DNA of 63,512 nucleotides, filler included, from Perkinsus olseni (Eukaryota): NCBI GenBank assembly GCA_013115125.1. It is 22 parts of 22 records of this genome, joined end to end, with 100 filler letters (N's around TTAATTAATTAA, not from the genome) between each part and the next. Parts side by side here need not be neighbours in the genome. Positions count along the whole stretch, not along the records: positions 11,826 to 14,666 come from JABANN010001493.1; positions 14,767 to 17,602 come from JABANN010001494.1; positions 17,703 to 20,521 come from JABANN010001495.1; positions 20,622 to 23,426 come from JABANN010001496.1; positions 23,527 to 26,328 come from JABANN010001497.1; 17 more parts are not named here. One strand, 5' to 3'. Shown piece by piece: positions 12,648 to 25,612 of this stretch (position 1 is its first letter; each line of letters starts with the position of its first letter). The notes under the pieces were generated by a model. It saw only the letters and a program-made list of their open reading frames with translations, ran no database searches and was not told where the DNA came from. The position numbers and the translations under genes were made by a program.

Positions 12648-13062
12648 TGGAATTTCTTGAGAAAGCTTGATATGAAGAAATGCAGCTATACGAAAAGCGA
12701 CATGGCCACTATGCCACGTGGCGCGAGAATAGCGGTCGAGCAATTGAAGTACCGCGCCAGTGTCTGAGTGCTGCCTCGATCCCCAGCTGCTGCCACCGCC
12801 AAGTCGTACAGAGGCCTCACTTTTGAATCTCGCACTTTCTTCGTAACACACTGTTAGAACGCCGCAGTGGACCGCAAGGGTTAACCAGAGTCTGTAACGA
12901 AGAAAATGTTACATGGGAAAATAAGGCCATGAAACTGTCATGATACAAAGGTTGAAAGTGTGAACAGCGTGTGGCTCCGCTCTGACCTGTTTGCCATTCA
13001 CCGGGATTACAGCCAGCGACTGAGAAGTAGCCGGCGATTGCTGTCAACTAAACCATTCAAAA

Positions 13063-13704
13063 GCCTATTTGGAGGGCAAGGCTGCTGCCTATTTGGAGGA
13101 CAAGGCTGCCGCCTATTTGGAGGGCAAGGCAGCTGCCTATCTGGCGGGTAACGCTGCTGCCTATTTGGAGGGCAAGGCAGCTGCCTATCTGGAGTTCAAG
13201 GCAGCTACCTATTTGGAGGGTAACGCTGCTGCCTATTTGGAGGACGAGGCTGCTGCCTATTTTGAGGGTGAGGCTGCTGCCTATGTGGAGGGTAAGGCTG
13301 CTGTCTACTTGGAGGATAAGGCTGCTGCCTATTTGGAGGACAAGGCTGCTGCCTGTTTGGAGGACAAGGCTGCTGCCTATGTGGAGTGTAAGGCTGCTGC
13401 CTACTTGGAGGGTAACGCTGCTGCCTATTTGGTGGGTGAGGCTGCTGCCTACTTGGAGAGTAAGGCTGCTGCCTATTTGGAGGGTGAGGCTGCTGCCTAT
13501 TAAGAGGATAAGGCTGCTGCCTATTTGAAGGACAAGGCTGTTGCCTATGTGGAGGGTAAGGCTGCTGCCTATTTGGAGGGTAAGGCTGCTGCCTATTTGG
13601 AGGGTAAGGCTGCTGCCTATTTGGAGGGTAAGGCTGCTGCCTGTTTGGAGGGTAAGGCTGCTGCCTATTTGGAGGATGAGGCTGCTGCCTATTGGGAGGG
13701 TAAG
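13063..13704 (+). repeat. 24-bp minisatellite, ~27 copies (KAAAYLEG in one frame)
   Basis: Consensus GCTGCTGCCTATTTGGAGGGTAAG with no indels. One in-frame TAA at 13501 and no upstream ATG. Confidence 0.95.
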
Positions 13705-14766
13705 GATATCACATTAGGGAGTTGGGACGGTAAATTGAAGACTCGAGTTGTGCGACCCAATTGGCGGATAAGGAAGTCAGTCTAGCGGCAGGCCTCAAGT
13801 GAGGATTTCAATTCCGCGATTGAGGCGTTCATGATTAATTTCATGATAAAAGAAGTCAATTTCGCCGATAAGGATATTACTGGGGGATCCCCATCCACAT
13901 CTACTCTGGGTCGAGTCAGCCGTCTCTACTACCCTACCTCCACATCCAGGGAGCGGAGGGCTGGGTCGAACTCGCGTCTCGGGCCGCGGGGCATGGTGGC
14001 CTCGTTTCTCCACGTTGCATTTACGAATTGTGATTCTTCTTCGTAGCGATGAATACCAGAGCTTGCCACCGGGCAATCAGTTCATCAATTCATTCTGGCC
14101 GAGCACTCGCCTGAAGCTGGGGCTTACACTGACGATCGAGCACCGTGAGGAGAGAAAAAACATGAGCCTCAATTCTCAAAGCATCGATTACCGCAGGTCG
14201 TACAACGTGGACCCAGGCAGGTTCCACGCAGGAAAAAGCTGACCGAGAATGTTGCCTGGAAGGTCTCGGTGAGTTTGAAATTATTCGAACCAGCATCTTC
14301 GAACGTCAAGATCTTGATCTTTTTGCGTAGTCGACAGCCCGTGACCAACACAACACTAAGGTAAATTAGCTATCCCTGGCATGAAGATCATAATAAAGAC
14401 ACACTATAGCAGCCATCAAACCTAATGGAACCCCAATGAAACCCGTGGCGATCGCAAAAATTTCGAATGGCGTGAGTCGATTAATCAGACAGTGAAGGAA
14501 ACATCCTCGGGGATCGATCAGGAGCTGCCCTTCTGGTATAGGTCGCAGTAGACGCCTTCCTTCGCCAGTAGCTCGGAGTGAGTGCCTTGTTCTACCAGAC
14601 GACCACCAGCTATAACCAGTATCAAATCAGCATTGGTGATAGTGGATAGACGATGGGCTATTATAANNNNNNNNNNNNNNNNNNNNNNNNNNNNNNNNNN
14701 NNNNNNNNNNTTAATTAATTAANNNNNNNNNNNNNNNNNNNNNNNNNNNNNNNNNNNNNNNNNNNN

Positions 14767-15662
14767 CTCTCAACCCTACGAAGCTGCGCTATTGTGATCG
14801 CGATATCCGGTAAGTAGCAGGCTATGGCTTGACAACGAAGATCGAACGATCTCAGCCTGAGGTTCTCAGGAGAGCTTCTGAAATCATGGGCATTTCAATC
14901 ATCGGACAGCCGACTAATTACCTCACTGGGTATTCAACGCAGATGCTGAAGGTCCAACGGTAGGTTGCTCGATTAGTGGTGTACAGCGAGTCTGAAAGCC
15001 AAGAATGCTCCTCAGGCTGATAGCAGCAGCACCCAGCCAAGAGGTTATGGAAAAGCTCACGGACGAAGCCTTCAATGCTGTGATGGTGGACAAAACTTGG
15101 AGAACTGAAGATGACTCGCTCGAAATCAGTACGATCAGTACGGCGGCTCTATGTAGAATCAGGGCCACAGAATCCTGCAGCAGGGGAGCCGTAGCGTGAG
15201 GTTTTATTGTGCCCCGTGTGATGTGTTCAGACGATGGTTTTCTTGGCGAAATATGCAAAAAGGCTGGTCTAGAGAGGAGTGTGGCAGACCAGCTTATCAA
15301 GGATTCCAAAACAATCGGGAAGGCTGCATTGAGGACCACTACAAAAGAAGCCCTAGAGGTAGCGAATCCCCACTAGGCATGCTAATGTCTGATCTCCGAT
15401 ATCCCTCGATCACTGTTGCGAGAACGCGGAAATGCTTACTCAAAACCGTTTGCGCACTCTCGCTCAGATCGGATGCACTACAGCCACTTCTGTTCAGAAA
15501 TATGGCGCCTTCGGTTCTCCCACTATCGCTGTCCACGCGCGCAACGAGACTGATGTGTTCTTCGGAGGAGATCGTTGGGAGCAAATTGCGCGTTTCATCG
15601 GCAAGACATACCGAGGAATGAATCCGACGAGAAATCTCGCTTTTGTCAGCTCCAGTTTGTAG
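14767..15662 (+). CDS. Glutathione S-transferase kappa / DSBA-like protein, spliced, 5'-truncated
   Basis: C-terminal KYGAFGSPTIAVH...DVFFGGDRWEQIARFIGKTYRG; upstream exons NPTKLRYCDRDI and LLRLIAAA. Confidence 0.75.
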
Positions 15663-15858
15663 ATATTTATTGGTGTTGTTCGAGTTTTTGTTGATCGTGA
15701 AGCAATCAGATCTCGGCACGCTGATGTGTATATGTACGCTCTCTTGTACCAGAAGGCTAATAGCCGTTTTTGCCCCGGTCAAATTCTGACACGTGTGGCT
15801 GACAGATCGATCTTGATACGCAAAATTATATCAGTCTAGCCGCTGTTTCGTTTGTTAA

Positions 15859-17602
15859 TCATGATTCGGTACTTACAGCAGGACTCTGTCTCCTCCCATC
15901 TTTGTCAAGAAGGTCAACAATACCTAGATATCTTATTAAAGTTAAAAAATCAGTTGCCATTCTAAGACGGGTATCTTTCTCCGGAGACTCTCGAGGAGCT
16001 CCGGAGGTCAGCTTGACCTGGTCAAGCGGGAGACCCCACTTTTGGAGGCTCGCTTGAAGCGATATCCTCAACGACCTCTCCAAGTTTCTTGCCTGACACT
16101 ACCCGGTTAGGAAATGCGGGTGAGTGAGGATGAGCACGAAGTTGTGAATTTCCCTTAACAGCATCGGCCGATTCCAGAACCGATCCGTGGGTATAGGGTA
16201 AGGCGGTTCACCTCAGGTGGAATCCCGATTCTTCTCCTCAATCTTGGGCGTGACACGGCCATTCTCTGGCCATATGCCGCCAACATGCTTCCTCTTGTAG
16301 CCGCGGTTCTGCGGCTCGCTAGCCTCTGCGCAGTTGAGTTCCATTTCGGCCTGTAATTCTCGCATACGGTCATTGAAGATGTCTGATCCTTCTTGTTGAG
16401 CAGACGGTGAAAGTCTGTAAAGACTCTCTCTCAGAGAGACTCTGTCGTTCGTAGAAACCTCTCGAGTCTCTCTCTCGCTCTGGGCCGTCTTCGGCCAAGC
16501 GACAGACCAAAAACCGGGAGGGAGTTGGCTGTTTATAAGGTCGGGGTACTCGGGTTGAGCAGCTCAGCACAGAAGACCAGCACTGGGCTGAGATTTTTCC
16601 GCTTCACTTCACTCTCAGGGCTTTAATTCTCCTCTCTCACAAAATTCGATCCTGGGCATTGGCTTTCGAGAGGTTCGCCGCTCTTAAATCCTCTGATATC
16701 TATCCCTCCTTTTTTCCTTCTCCTGCTTATCTAAGCTCCCAGGTGGTATACCGGATTCTAAAGCAGTAGTCTGTTCACTAAAGATACAGGGGGAGTTCTA
16801 AGGGTATGGGCCATACCGTATGGCCGTACCAACGCGAGCGACGCATCCTAAAGGACTATGGGACAATCGGGGCAGCCAGGTCTACTCCAAATTTCGCGGT
16901 TGGTGGTATGCGACAATGGCGATATTCTTAACACCCTTTTTATGCATTTGTTGTAGAACGCACAGTACTTCTCGGTTTCACGTTGGCTGAGGACCAGGCA
17001 TTCACTGGCGCACAACAGTACCGAGAATACCACGCTCCAGAGAATAATAAACTTGTGTCTCAGGCTGATATCATGCGAGCTCCAAACTTTCTGGGGTCGT
17101 GCCATTCTTTGTCCCGCGAGCTTTATGCGCCTCTGAATATGTGCTCCGTCTGCCATCAGTTACGGCGCCCAGTATATTCAATTCATCGGTGCATTCGATC
17201 CTTGACCTCGCCAGGGTGCCGTCCTGACTCTATGTTGACGCACAATCTTTTGCACTTTCCCGGCGCAACTTGCGCCGCGCAAGTACGAGCTTTGCGGCCC
17301 TTCCATCCTCCTCGAGATAGGATATCTGCTGGTCGGGTCCTTCAATTGTAGCTGCTGGCAGCGTGACATCATCTGCAAAGCTGAGCTCGATGAGGTAAGT
17401 TCCAAGGTCTTAGTCGCGGATACCAAGTCTGGTGTACCGTCTGGGCTATTTTTCTTGAGTAATCGGAATCCGTATCCTGACTTTCTGATCCTTTGGGTGA
17501 GTACGCGGTCCAGGCCACAGGTGAATAGTAAGGGGCTTCAGCAGTCCCCTTGTCGCAGTCCGCCTTTGAGGTCGATTGTTCGTTCCTTCCGGTGCAGCCT
17601 TA
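15859..17602 (-). mobile_element. Decayed non-LTR retrotransposon (RTE-like) reverse transcriptase
   Basis: GGLRQGDC*SPLLF (~17530-17565), LSFADDVTL (~17360-17385), VFSVLLCASEC...KCIKRVLRI...TTNREIW and RRSRWYGH, with stops and frameshifts. The 3' boundary is approximate. Confidence 0.85.
16803..16824. repeat. 22-bp 7-8-7 scar, target GGTATGGC, inside the LINE RT
   Basis: ggtatgg + gccatacc + gtatggc, exact. Confidence 0.92.
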
Positions 17603-17961
17603 NNNNNNNNNNNNNNNNNNNNNNNNNNNNNNNNNNNNNNNNNNNNTTAATTAATTAANNNNNNNNNNNNNNNNNNNNNNNNNNNNNNNNNNNNNNNNNN
17701 NNAATTTATTCAATGGTTTGTTCCGTAGGACAGGGCGGGTTGACCCGGAGCCAATGGCTGATTCGAGTTGTTTCGGGTTAATAGGATCCAAACCTTAATA
17801 GGATCTTTGAAAATAGGATCCAAACCTTGGGACGTCCTTAAAAGAGTCAAGCGGTTTCACACGAAAATCCTCAAAGGGCAGTAGGATCCTAATTTTAAAG
17901 ACGTCCTTATCTCAGGATAAAGACGTCCTAGCCTACCATACCAGGCAAAAAAGGAGAAAAA

Positions 17962-18035
17962 TGTGATTTACCAGATTCGAACCGACGGTCTCACGGGTGA
18001 CAGTCGCGTTGCTTAACCTACCGAGCTATAACACC
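17962..18035 (-). pseudogene. tRNA-derived sequence (Asp/GTC-like loop): pseudogene or SINE head
   Basis: A-box TAGCTCGGTAGG, loop CTGTCAC, B-box GGTTCGAATC, imperfect stems, followed by T-runs. Confidence 0.6.
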
Positions 18036-18039
18036 TGAA

Positions 18040-18987
18040 TCGCGGGCCATGAAGATGAGATCTTGTTGACAACCTTCGGTGTTTTCGCAGGGCGAAGTCG
18101 GCCAGCATGTAGGCCAGGGTAGATTCACCGCTTGCCGAGGAGCCGCATACCAGTACCCTGGGGGGAGGGCACATGGCAGTGCCGAGCTCAGTAGCGCGCT
18201 TCCGTCTCTGTTCTATGATAGATGCAACGCTAAAGTAATGTGGCATGGTGGCGTTAGTGGCATCATACTCCTGAACGGTCGAGCCACGCAGTTCTACACA
18301 ACACCCATGCCAAGTGTATACCGCCAGCTGGGACCCCGCTGAAAGGAAAGGAAGATACGATGAGAACGACACGTGGTCGAGCATGGTCGAGGCAAGCTAC
18401 AATTATCGGAGCAATCGGGAGGCAGGACCGGAATAGTTGTTCTTATCAATTGCGACTATCACTCGCGATCCCACGTTCCAAACACCCCGGATTTGGATAC
18501 ACTGACGCACCAATCATCTCATCCCACCATTGGGGGCCGTAACGGTTTAGAAGTTCAGGGCGGCCCCCATGACGCTACCCCAACCGCATTACGTCTGATT
18601 ATGTACTCGTTGCCCAAGACGAGCTCCTTTCCGAATATTTCCGCACTAGCGAAGGTGTCCGGAACCTTTGAATGGGCCTTCAGCACGACTGCTCCCTCCT
18701 TCGTGGCGCCGGGGTCCGTACTCGGTAGAGGGGCGAGCACCTACGAGCAATGCTCTTAACTTCTCCTATCCTATATCGAATGTCCACGTCTGCACCGTAC
18801 TACCAGTCGGAGTTCTGTTCCTGGTCGCAGCTCTTTGGTTCGCTGCAGACCGATCATCTGCAGGTTCTCCTGCTGGATCGACGAGCCGACATGCGTAGGG
18901 CCGCTGATGGTACCGCCCTCTCCGCCATACCCGCCAGTAGTGGCTGCCTGATGCTGCAGGTTGGCCTACAACGGGAGAGTACGACAT
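18040..18987 (-). pseudogene. CLP1: Clp1 (polyribonucleotide 5'-kinase / cleavage factor) N-terminal fragment, disrupted
   Basis: TKELRPGTELRL, AEIFGKELVLGNEY, LAVYTWHGCCVELRG, PRVLVCGSSASGESTL. Apparent 5' frameshift, Walker A K>E, and truncation at the tRNA-like element. Confidence 0.75.
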
Positions 18988-18992
18988 AGGAG

Positions 18993-19620
18993 TCAAAGCC
19001 TTCGGAAGCATACCTGCAGAACATGTGGTTGGGTCATCTTATTAGGACCCCCCATGTGCTTGTCATAGTGTGAGCCTCCTCCCTTGTTTTGATAGTGGAA
19101 GACGCTGGCGTTGGGGTCGGGTTGCTGTTGCTGTTGAGACCTATCGTATGGCCCAGAGTTGGAGTGATGGTTGGGGGGCCCATGGTCCCCTCCCATGTGA
19201 AGCTTCGACTCCCGATTTCCAGAGTGCTGCTGCTGGGACTGGCTGGAGGGTGGGGGTGGGAAGCCCTTGCCTGAAAAAGCGAAACCTCGAATGGCGTGCA
19301 ACGCTACTTCGATTAACTGAGCGACATAGGAAGAAATTGTATCACCATCCCCGAGAGGCCGCACGTCACGGTAGTAGCGTTGATGAATACCATAACATAT
19401 TACCCTTCCCGGGAAACCCCTTCCCTTTTCCAAAGAACCCCTTGCCGAGGGCCATCATAGCCGCAAAGGCAGCTGGCGGGGGCGGCTGGGGAGCTTGCTG
19501 CATGTTACGGAACTGGTTCAAAGCTCCCGGGTCCTCTCCTTGTGGAGGCCACGGCCCCCCTCCACCACGGTGATAGGACGGGCCCCCATCTCTTCCTGAC
19601 GGTGGAGGCAGCGGCCACAT
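18993..19620 (-). CDS. Pro/Gly/Gln-rich low-complexity protein fragment with GKG repeats
   Basis: PPPPAAFAAMMALGKGFFGKGKGFPGKG and GKGFPPPP...QQQQQPDP in two probable exons. Confidence 0.45.
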
Positions 19621-20251
19621 TGAAGAGATAAGCTACCGGTAAGCAGTGTCGACAATAGCAACTCCTCGAAGGTTTGCTGCCCCTCATCATCCCACGATCC
19701 AGCACCGAGTTGGGATGAGTCACCAAGCCCTTCTTCCTTGAAGGCGCGAGGAACGTAGCGCCACGCGTAGTGGTAATGGTGTAGCCAGTTACAACAGCAT
19801 CATCGTGTATTGCTTTGCTACGCCGGAGAACGTATCATTAACGATTCACGATGCACAACTTATAGAACATTTCCAAATAGCCCGGCAATAGCTTATGCGC
19901 CCCAGACTCTGGGGCCCAGAGGACCTCTTCAGGTGTTACCCAGAAGAGTTTATAACCGCTTGACGATGTCTTTGAAACGAATCTTAAAAACGGGTGTTCA
20001 GAAAACCTATTCTGAAATGTAGAATACACTCGGGAAGGCAAACCAGCACAATCGTGTTCAGATAGCAGACCTCGAAATACATTCCTGCCGAGTTCTCCAG
20101 AACGGATTCTGAACGTTTTCAGTGGATTTCAGGAGTCATCCCGGAACGCACTGCCAAATACAAGATTTTGGTAACAGAAGATCGTTTCCTAGGCGACTAT
20201 TTTATGACGTGTAGCAATTCGTGGCGAAAAACTCCTCGACACTCGTGACCC

Positions 20252-20321
20252 GCCACGCCCAAGGATTGAACCCACGACCCGACGGATCACGGATAGGCTC
20301 TCTACCGCTGAACCATCTGAC
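20252..20321 (-). pseudogene. tRNA-like Pol III element (SINE head or pseudogene)
   Basis: A-box TGGTTCAGCGG and B-box GGTTCAATCC at tRNA spacing; the anticodon arm is not recognisable. Confidence 0.5.
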
Positions 20322-21381
20322 TGAACCCCAACGCAAGGCCTGCCGGGGTGTAGGTGGTTGTGGGCTAGCAGACGTCGGCAGGGCTGCTGAGACTGTTTGA
20401 ATTGGGCACCAGGAGATGGGAAGTGAAAGGTTGCACGATATAACGTAGGATGCGCGTGAATGAACTTAGACGCGTGACTTGCTTAGCGATAAGTAAACCG
20501 TAACAGACTTATCACAAGTGANNNNNNNNNNNNNNNNNNNNNNNNNNNNNNNNNNNNNNNNNNNNTTAATTAATTAANNNNNNNNNNNNNNNNNNNNNNN
20601 NNNNNNNNNNNNNNNNNNNNNTGGAGAATTAGGGGCGAGCGCGAAAAATTAGGGGCGGCGCTACAGATTTCCGGGACCGGTACCGGATATACCCTGGCCG
20701 AGCCCCTGGGGTCCCGGCTGATATACGCCTGTCCGTGGCCGTCATCGTCGAAGTTGGCTGGATAGCTTGGTAGGCCGAAGCAGCGAATAAGAGGTGGAAC
20801 ATCACAACTAGGTGGTATCGCCTGCCTGATGGGGTCGTTACGCATTCGGGATCCGCCGTTCGCAGCCCGGCTCTGGGTGGAAGAATCTAAGTGTTATACG
20901 CCCGGGCGGGCCATCAGGTGATACATCGTGCTACTACAGGTGGGATACGTGGCAGAGGCCCCTGCCCACACGAACCACGGATATACTTCCCATTACTATC
21001 AGTATTGTTCGTGCCTCGGCCAACATAAATTATAAGTTGTTATGTAGGAGGCTCAGTTTCAGTAACCATCACAGGGTGTCCCACCTTACCTGAGCCACCC
21101 TGGCCACTCAGGTTGTTTGGCTGTGATTAGACTCCGACCATTGCGTCTCGGAAATCGATGCTTAGTTGATATCTCCTTCTCTCACCACGACCCTAGGCAG
21201 TAGTAATGTGCTTCCTCTATAATATACCCATTCTGTTTTGGTAGAGGATCGCGGGTCCCATAGTATGAGAGTAGGGCCCTGGTCTTCTCGGGCCCGGTAA
21301 CGACTGTATCCGAGTACGGGGCTAGTCCATCCCTCCCGACACCACTTGTGTTGATCGTAGTTTCCTTCTTCCCATCCCGGT

Positions 21382-22310
21382 ATGTACAGCCGCAACACCC
21401 TGTACGTTGGTAACATATCGTCCCGTACCACTGAGAGAGATATCCGTGATGAGTTCTCCGAGTATGGTCGTATTATACGCTGCTACATGCCCCCTGGGAA
21501 GAACATATGCTTCGTGGAGTATGACAGGGAAAGGGATGCTGAGGACGCCCATCGAGGCATGTCACGTGCCAAGATCGGTGGAGTATCAGTGACAGTTGAA
21601 TGGGCCAAAGCAGGACCACGGTAGTACTGGGGGAGGGTCGATACGTCGTAGCTCCCTCAACAGTGACAATCGCGGTAGACAGCGCCAGGTTTCGATAATC
21701 ATCATAGATTGGTTTTGCTACTAGTTTAGTGTCAACGTACCCGAACTCGTGTTGTGGGTGTCCATGATTATTACTATGTCTGCTGGTGAAGATCTTACGA
21801 AGTGCTTCAAAACTTGGCCCATACAGCCTCAGGGTATTTGGATGTCTCACTGAGCACCCTACTGTCATCATCATCCTCAGTGATCGGATGAGGCGTCGAT
21901 CCCCACCGAGGTATCATAGGAGTAGGCGTTACTCTAGTGGGTCGTCATCTAGGAGTAGGAGTCGTTCTAGGAGAGGTCACAGGAGGCATAGGAGGAGATC
22001 GCCATCCAGCTCCAGATCATATAGGTAACCTTGCGACCCTTCTAACCGTCGCTACGTTGCCCAACGCGTCTGAGCGATGATGCAGGAGCCCGGGTTCCTG
22101 AGCCCCCTCCCGATCCTCGTAGTTGGTTGAGCACGAGCATCCCCGTTCCCTCCCATTATCAGCTCCGAGTCGAGATCAAATTCGAGGTCACCGAGAATGC
22201 ATAATCGTCGAAGCAGCAAATCTCATGACATGAACGATTCCCCAAGTAAGCGTGGTGAGAACTCTAACAACAGGTCGCCGAGGAAGGAGAGTAAGGACGA
22301 TAGGGACTGA
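21382..22310 (+). CDS. SR-like splicing factor (RRM + RS domain), multi-exon
   Basis: RNP2 LYVGNI, RNP1-like KNICFVEY, VTVEWAK, then RS-rich exons; stop at 22308-22310. Confidence 0.85.
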
Positions 22311-23355
22311 TGATGATGATGATGATGATGAACCGTCTAATATAAGTATCAGTCTCATTAATTTCATTCCGCCGCTGGTCGACTTATTTTTCCAACCTAA
22401 GCATCAACCTTGTGTTGCAGTGCATTCTGAGTGGGGCGATGACTCCTTACGAAGAGGATAACATCGGTGTTAGTTGTTGGCATGGCACCGTCTCCTAAGC
22501 CTGGTGGGGTGCCGTGCGGTACGCTGTTTCTGGCACTTAGTAGAGCAGGGACAGAGGGAAGTGTGAAGGATGTACTAGATGCTAATAAGGATGCAGTCAA
22601 CAGGCTCAGGATGGGCATGGATGCCTACTACTCGGAGCCCAAGTAGGGGGCTTTTCTCGGGATACCAATATGCCAATACCCCTCGCCGTCTCGGATATCT
22701 GCTGCGCTATAGGTTCAGTCCATCCCTCAAGCAGCACGAGAAGTCCTCGACTGTTGGTGATCTCAGCAATGAGGCTAACGCCTTCGCAGTAATAGTGGGC
22801 TCTGATCATTGACAGCGTGGTTGTGGTATCTATTATGGGACCGGACTCTGAGGGATGAGAATAGAATGCATCGGGTTCAGGCCTCCCAGGACCAGTCTAT
22901 GCAATACCATCTCCTCTTGGTCATGTTGGATAGGGCATTGAGCGACGCCAAAGGTAGTGGGAGGGTGCGCCTGTATATGCCTGTCCTATCAGCCTGTCTA
23001 TAGCGTCTGGCGTGTTGAGTCGAGCTCCAATGGGTAATGCGTATAGGGGATGTGGAATTTAGTGGAACGTGGAACAATTGCTATGGTGCTTACTGCCAGA
23101 TGAGTGTGCTGAGGCCCTACTGGATCTCATCCGCAATCACGACTTGATGAAGCGTACCATAGATTGCTGTGCCATAGAAGAGCTACCCGATGGATGCCGA
23201 GATACTCTTAGAGAGCAAGCTGCAGTGGTAGTAGAAGCAGCCTACAGTAGTACCGTCGTCTACACTGCGAGGTTAGGTACTGATGGCGCTCTTCAGTAGT
23301 GATCTCGTGGATGTGGATGCTGGACTAGCTCAATATGCAGCCAATAAGCTCCTTG

Positions 23356-23356
<1 letters not shown>

Positions 23357-23426
<70 letters not shown>
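23357..23426. repeat. (TAG)n microsatellite at contig end
   Basis: Pure TAG run up to the linker. Confidence 0.95.
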
Positions 23427-23526
23427 NNNNNNNNNNNNNNNNNNNNNNNNNNNNNNNNNNNNNNNNNNNNTTAATTAATTAANNNNNNNNNNNNNNNNNN
23501 NNNNNNNNNNNNNNNNNNNNNNNNNN

Positions 23527-24842
23527 CTCGTTTTACCCTCGCTGTTGTGATTGGTGAAGTTGTTCTTGTTGTTGGTCAACACTACAGCGATGGTGTTCGC
23601 CAGCACGGTCTCTGGGGTATCCTTCCCGTCTACCTTTGCTTCTTACCTACGTGTGGAGCCTCTCTGCTAAGAGGGAGCCGTCGAGCCCTCGGGACCATCT
23701 TGGGCGCTGGTGTCAGCGTACTCTGCCTCTTTGTTAACCCACACGACCCCGCGGCCATCTTCGTGGAGATGATAATTGTGGTGTTCGTTGGCAAATTCGC
23801 CAGCTCCTATGGTGGGATCGGCTATGCTGGCACGGTGTTTATTTTGACGTGGTTTGTCGTTTGTATGGGCCTAGCGATTGGTACGGAATTGTCGCCAGAC
23901 CAGATGATGCTCGCTGCTGCCTGGAGGGCTGGGCTCACAGCCGCGGGAGCTGTGTATGCTACAGCCTTCTCTGCGGTCTTCTTCCCGGAGTTCGCTGCTG
24001 TCCACTACAAGCAAGCCACGGCGCATACGGTCGAAGAGCTGAGCGGTGGTGTCGAGGAAGCTGTCCTCCAACTGGTACGGGCTCGATCTGAGCTCAAGGA
24101 TGTCTCTTTGAACGACCCAAGGAACGACTTCGGCCATGCTGTCTTCAAGTCGCTGAGCACTCGAGTGAAGTATAGAGAAGACGCGAGTGCCGAAGTTGCG
24201 GCTTTCGGTACGCTTCGATTGCTATCTCCAATGACCAAAAGGGTTCTGAGGAAACGCATGGATATCGACAAGCTCGCTTATGAAGCTTTGGTGCTGCATA
24301 ACGCCTTAGTCACGGCGACCCTTTCCGTTACTGGTCCAGCGGCGCAGATGCTATGTCGCATCGTGCCTTGTGTAAGGGACTTCGGCCTATCATTGCAATC
24401 GTCTTCAGAGAGGCTGTTCGAGGCTATTAACGAGGAGAAAGATGTGCCACCTCCTAAGGATGATGTCAAAGTAGCGGCCCAGATGTGTGTAAGTACTTTC
24501 TTGGATGCCAAGAACGGCTTGATAGAAGACTGCATGGCTGGCTCGGAGCAAGCGGCGGATATAATCTCCTCTGGTGACTTCCGAGTCTACTACTTGGTGT
24601 ATGCTCTATCGGTCTTCGCAGAGTCGTGGGCTGGGGTTGAGAGCCGACTATTTAGCGACCAGCCTCCAATGGAAATGGTGACGGAGTCTGACGACTCCGA
24701 GACTTCTGTGTCTACCGCTGACTCGACTGACGATATCTCCCAGCCTGGAGCAAATGACGTTACGAGACAGAGGATGCTCTCCACGTTCTCTCAAAGGGGA
24801 GGCCGAAGTACTCCACTGGCCCCTGCTATTACAGTTTATTGA
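23527..24842 (+). CDS. ALMT/FUSC-like (aromatic acid exporter family) membrane protein, 5'-truncated
   Basis: WGILPVYLCFLPTCGASLLRGSRRALGTILGA, YAGTVFILTW and AAWRAGLT TM block, followed by a helical cytosolic region. Confidence 0.75.
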
Positions 24843-25612
24843 AGACGAGTTTGTCACAGTAGTTTCGCAAGAGAAGTTTCTTTTCTAGTGAAATTGTCTC
24901 AGTATACTACTCTAAGAATTTATTAAAAATTTATGTACGGACTATCAGAAATAGTCTAGCCACTTCGTGGCCATAACAACTTTAGTGGTAGTGACGTCGA
25001 ATATTTCCCATTCTGCTACCAGCCATTATCAAACCAGACAAATATTCTGGAAGTATGAGTAAAAAACATATTGAAGTCCTTACTGTCACCTCTTTGAGGT
25101 CACTTTAACAACAACGGCAGCTCGGCAATGGGCGGCCGATCAGGACGGCTATCCGTCTAAGGACTGTGCTCCTCTCACTCTGAGCCCTTCTCTTTAGTTC
25201 TATTGTATCACTAACGTCTAACAGCAGGTATCGAGTCCTCTATCAGCTATCAATTTTTTGACTAGTCTCTGTTTCCAACCTGTTTAGTCCATTCAGGAGA
25301 TTCATTGTGACTGCGGTCCCCTGGGTCCTTCTGGGTATTTGAATTCTTTCTGCTGTTTCCTTGTTTCTGCATGTGCCTATTGTGTTGTGCGTCTCCGCTT
25401 CTCGTTCCCGTGTCCCTCTGCTGGACAATGTTCTTCTGAGTGAGCTTAGACTTTCCCCATTGGGAGCACCCGACGGCTTCTGGATGCTGATATTCTGTTC
25501 TGCTTTCCGACTTGTCTAGGCGGATTTCCCCTTCCTTTCGGGATTCCCGAGGTCTTGATGCACAGGACACCGTTCATGGGCAGTTTGTGTTGTCTCAATT
25601 TAATTCACACTG

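Noticed and set aside
13063-13704. CRISPR array
   Set aside because: Contiguous 24-bp units with no unique spacers, in a eukaryotic context.
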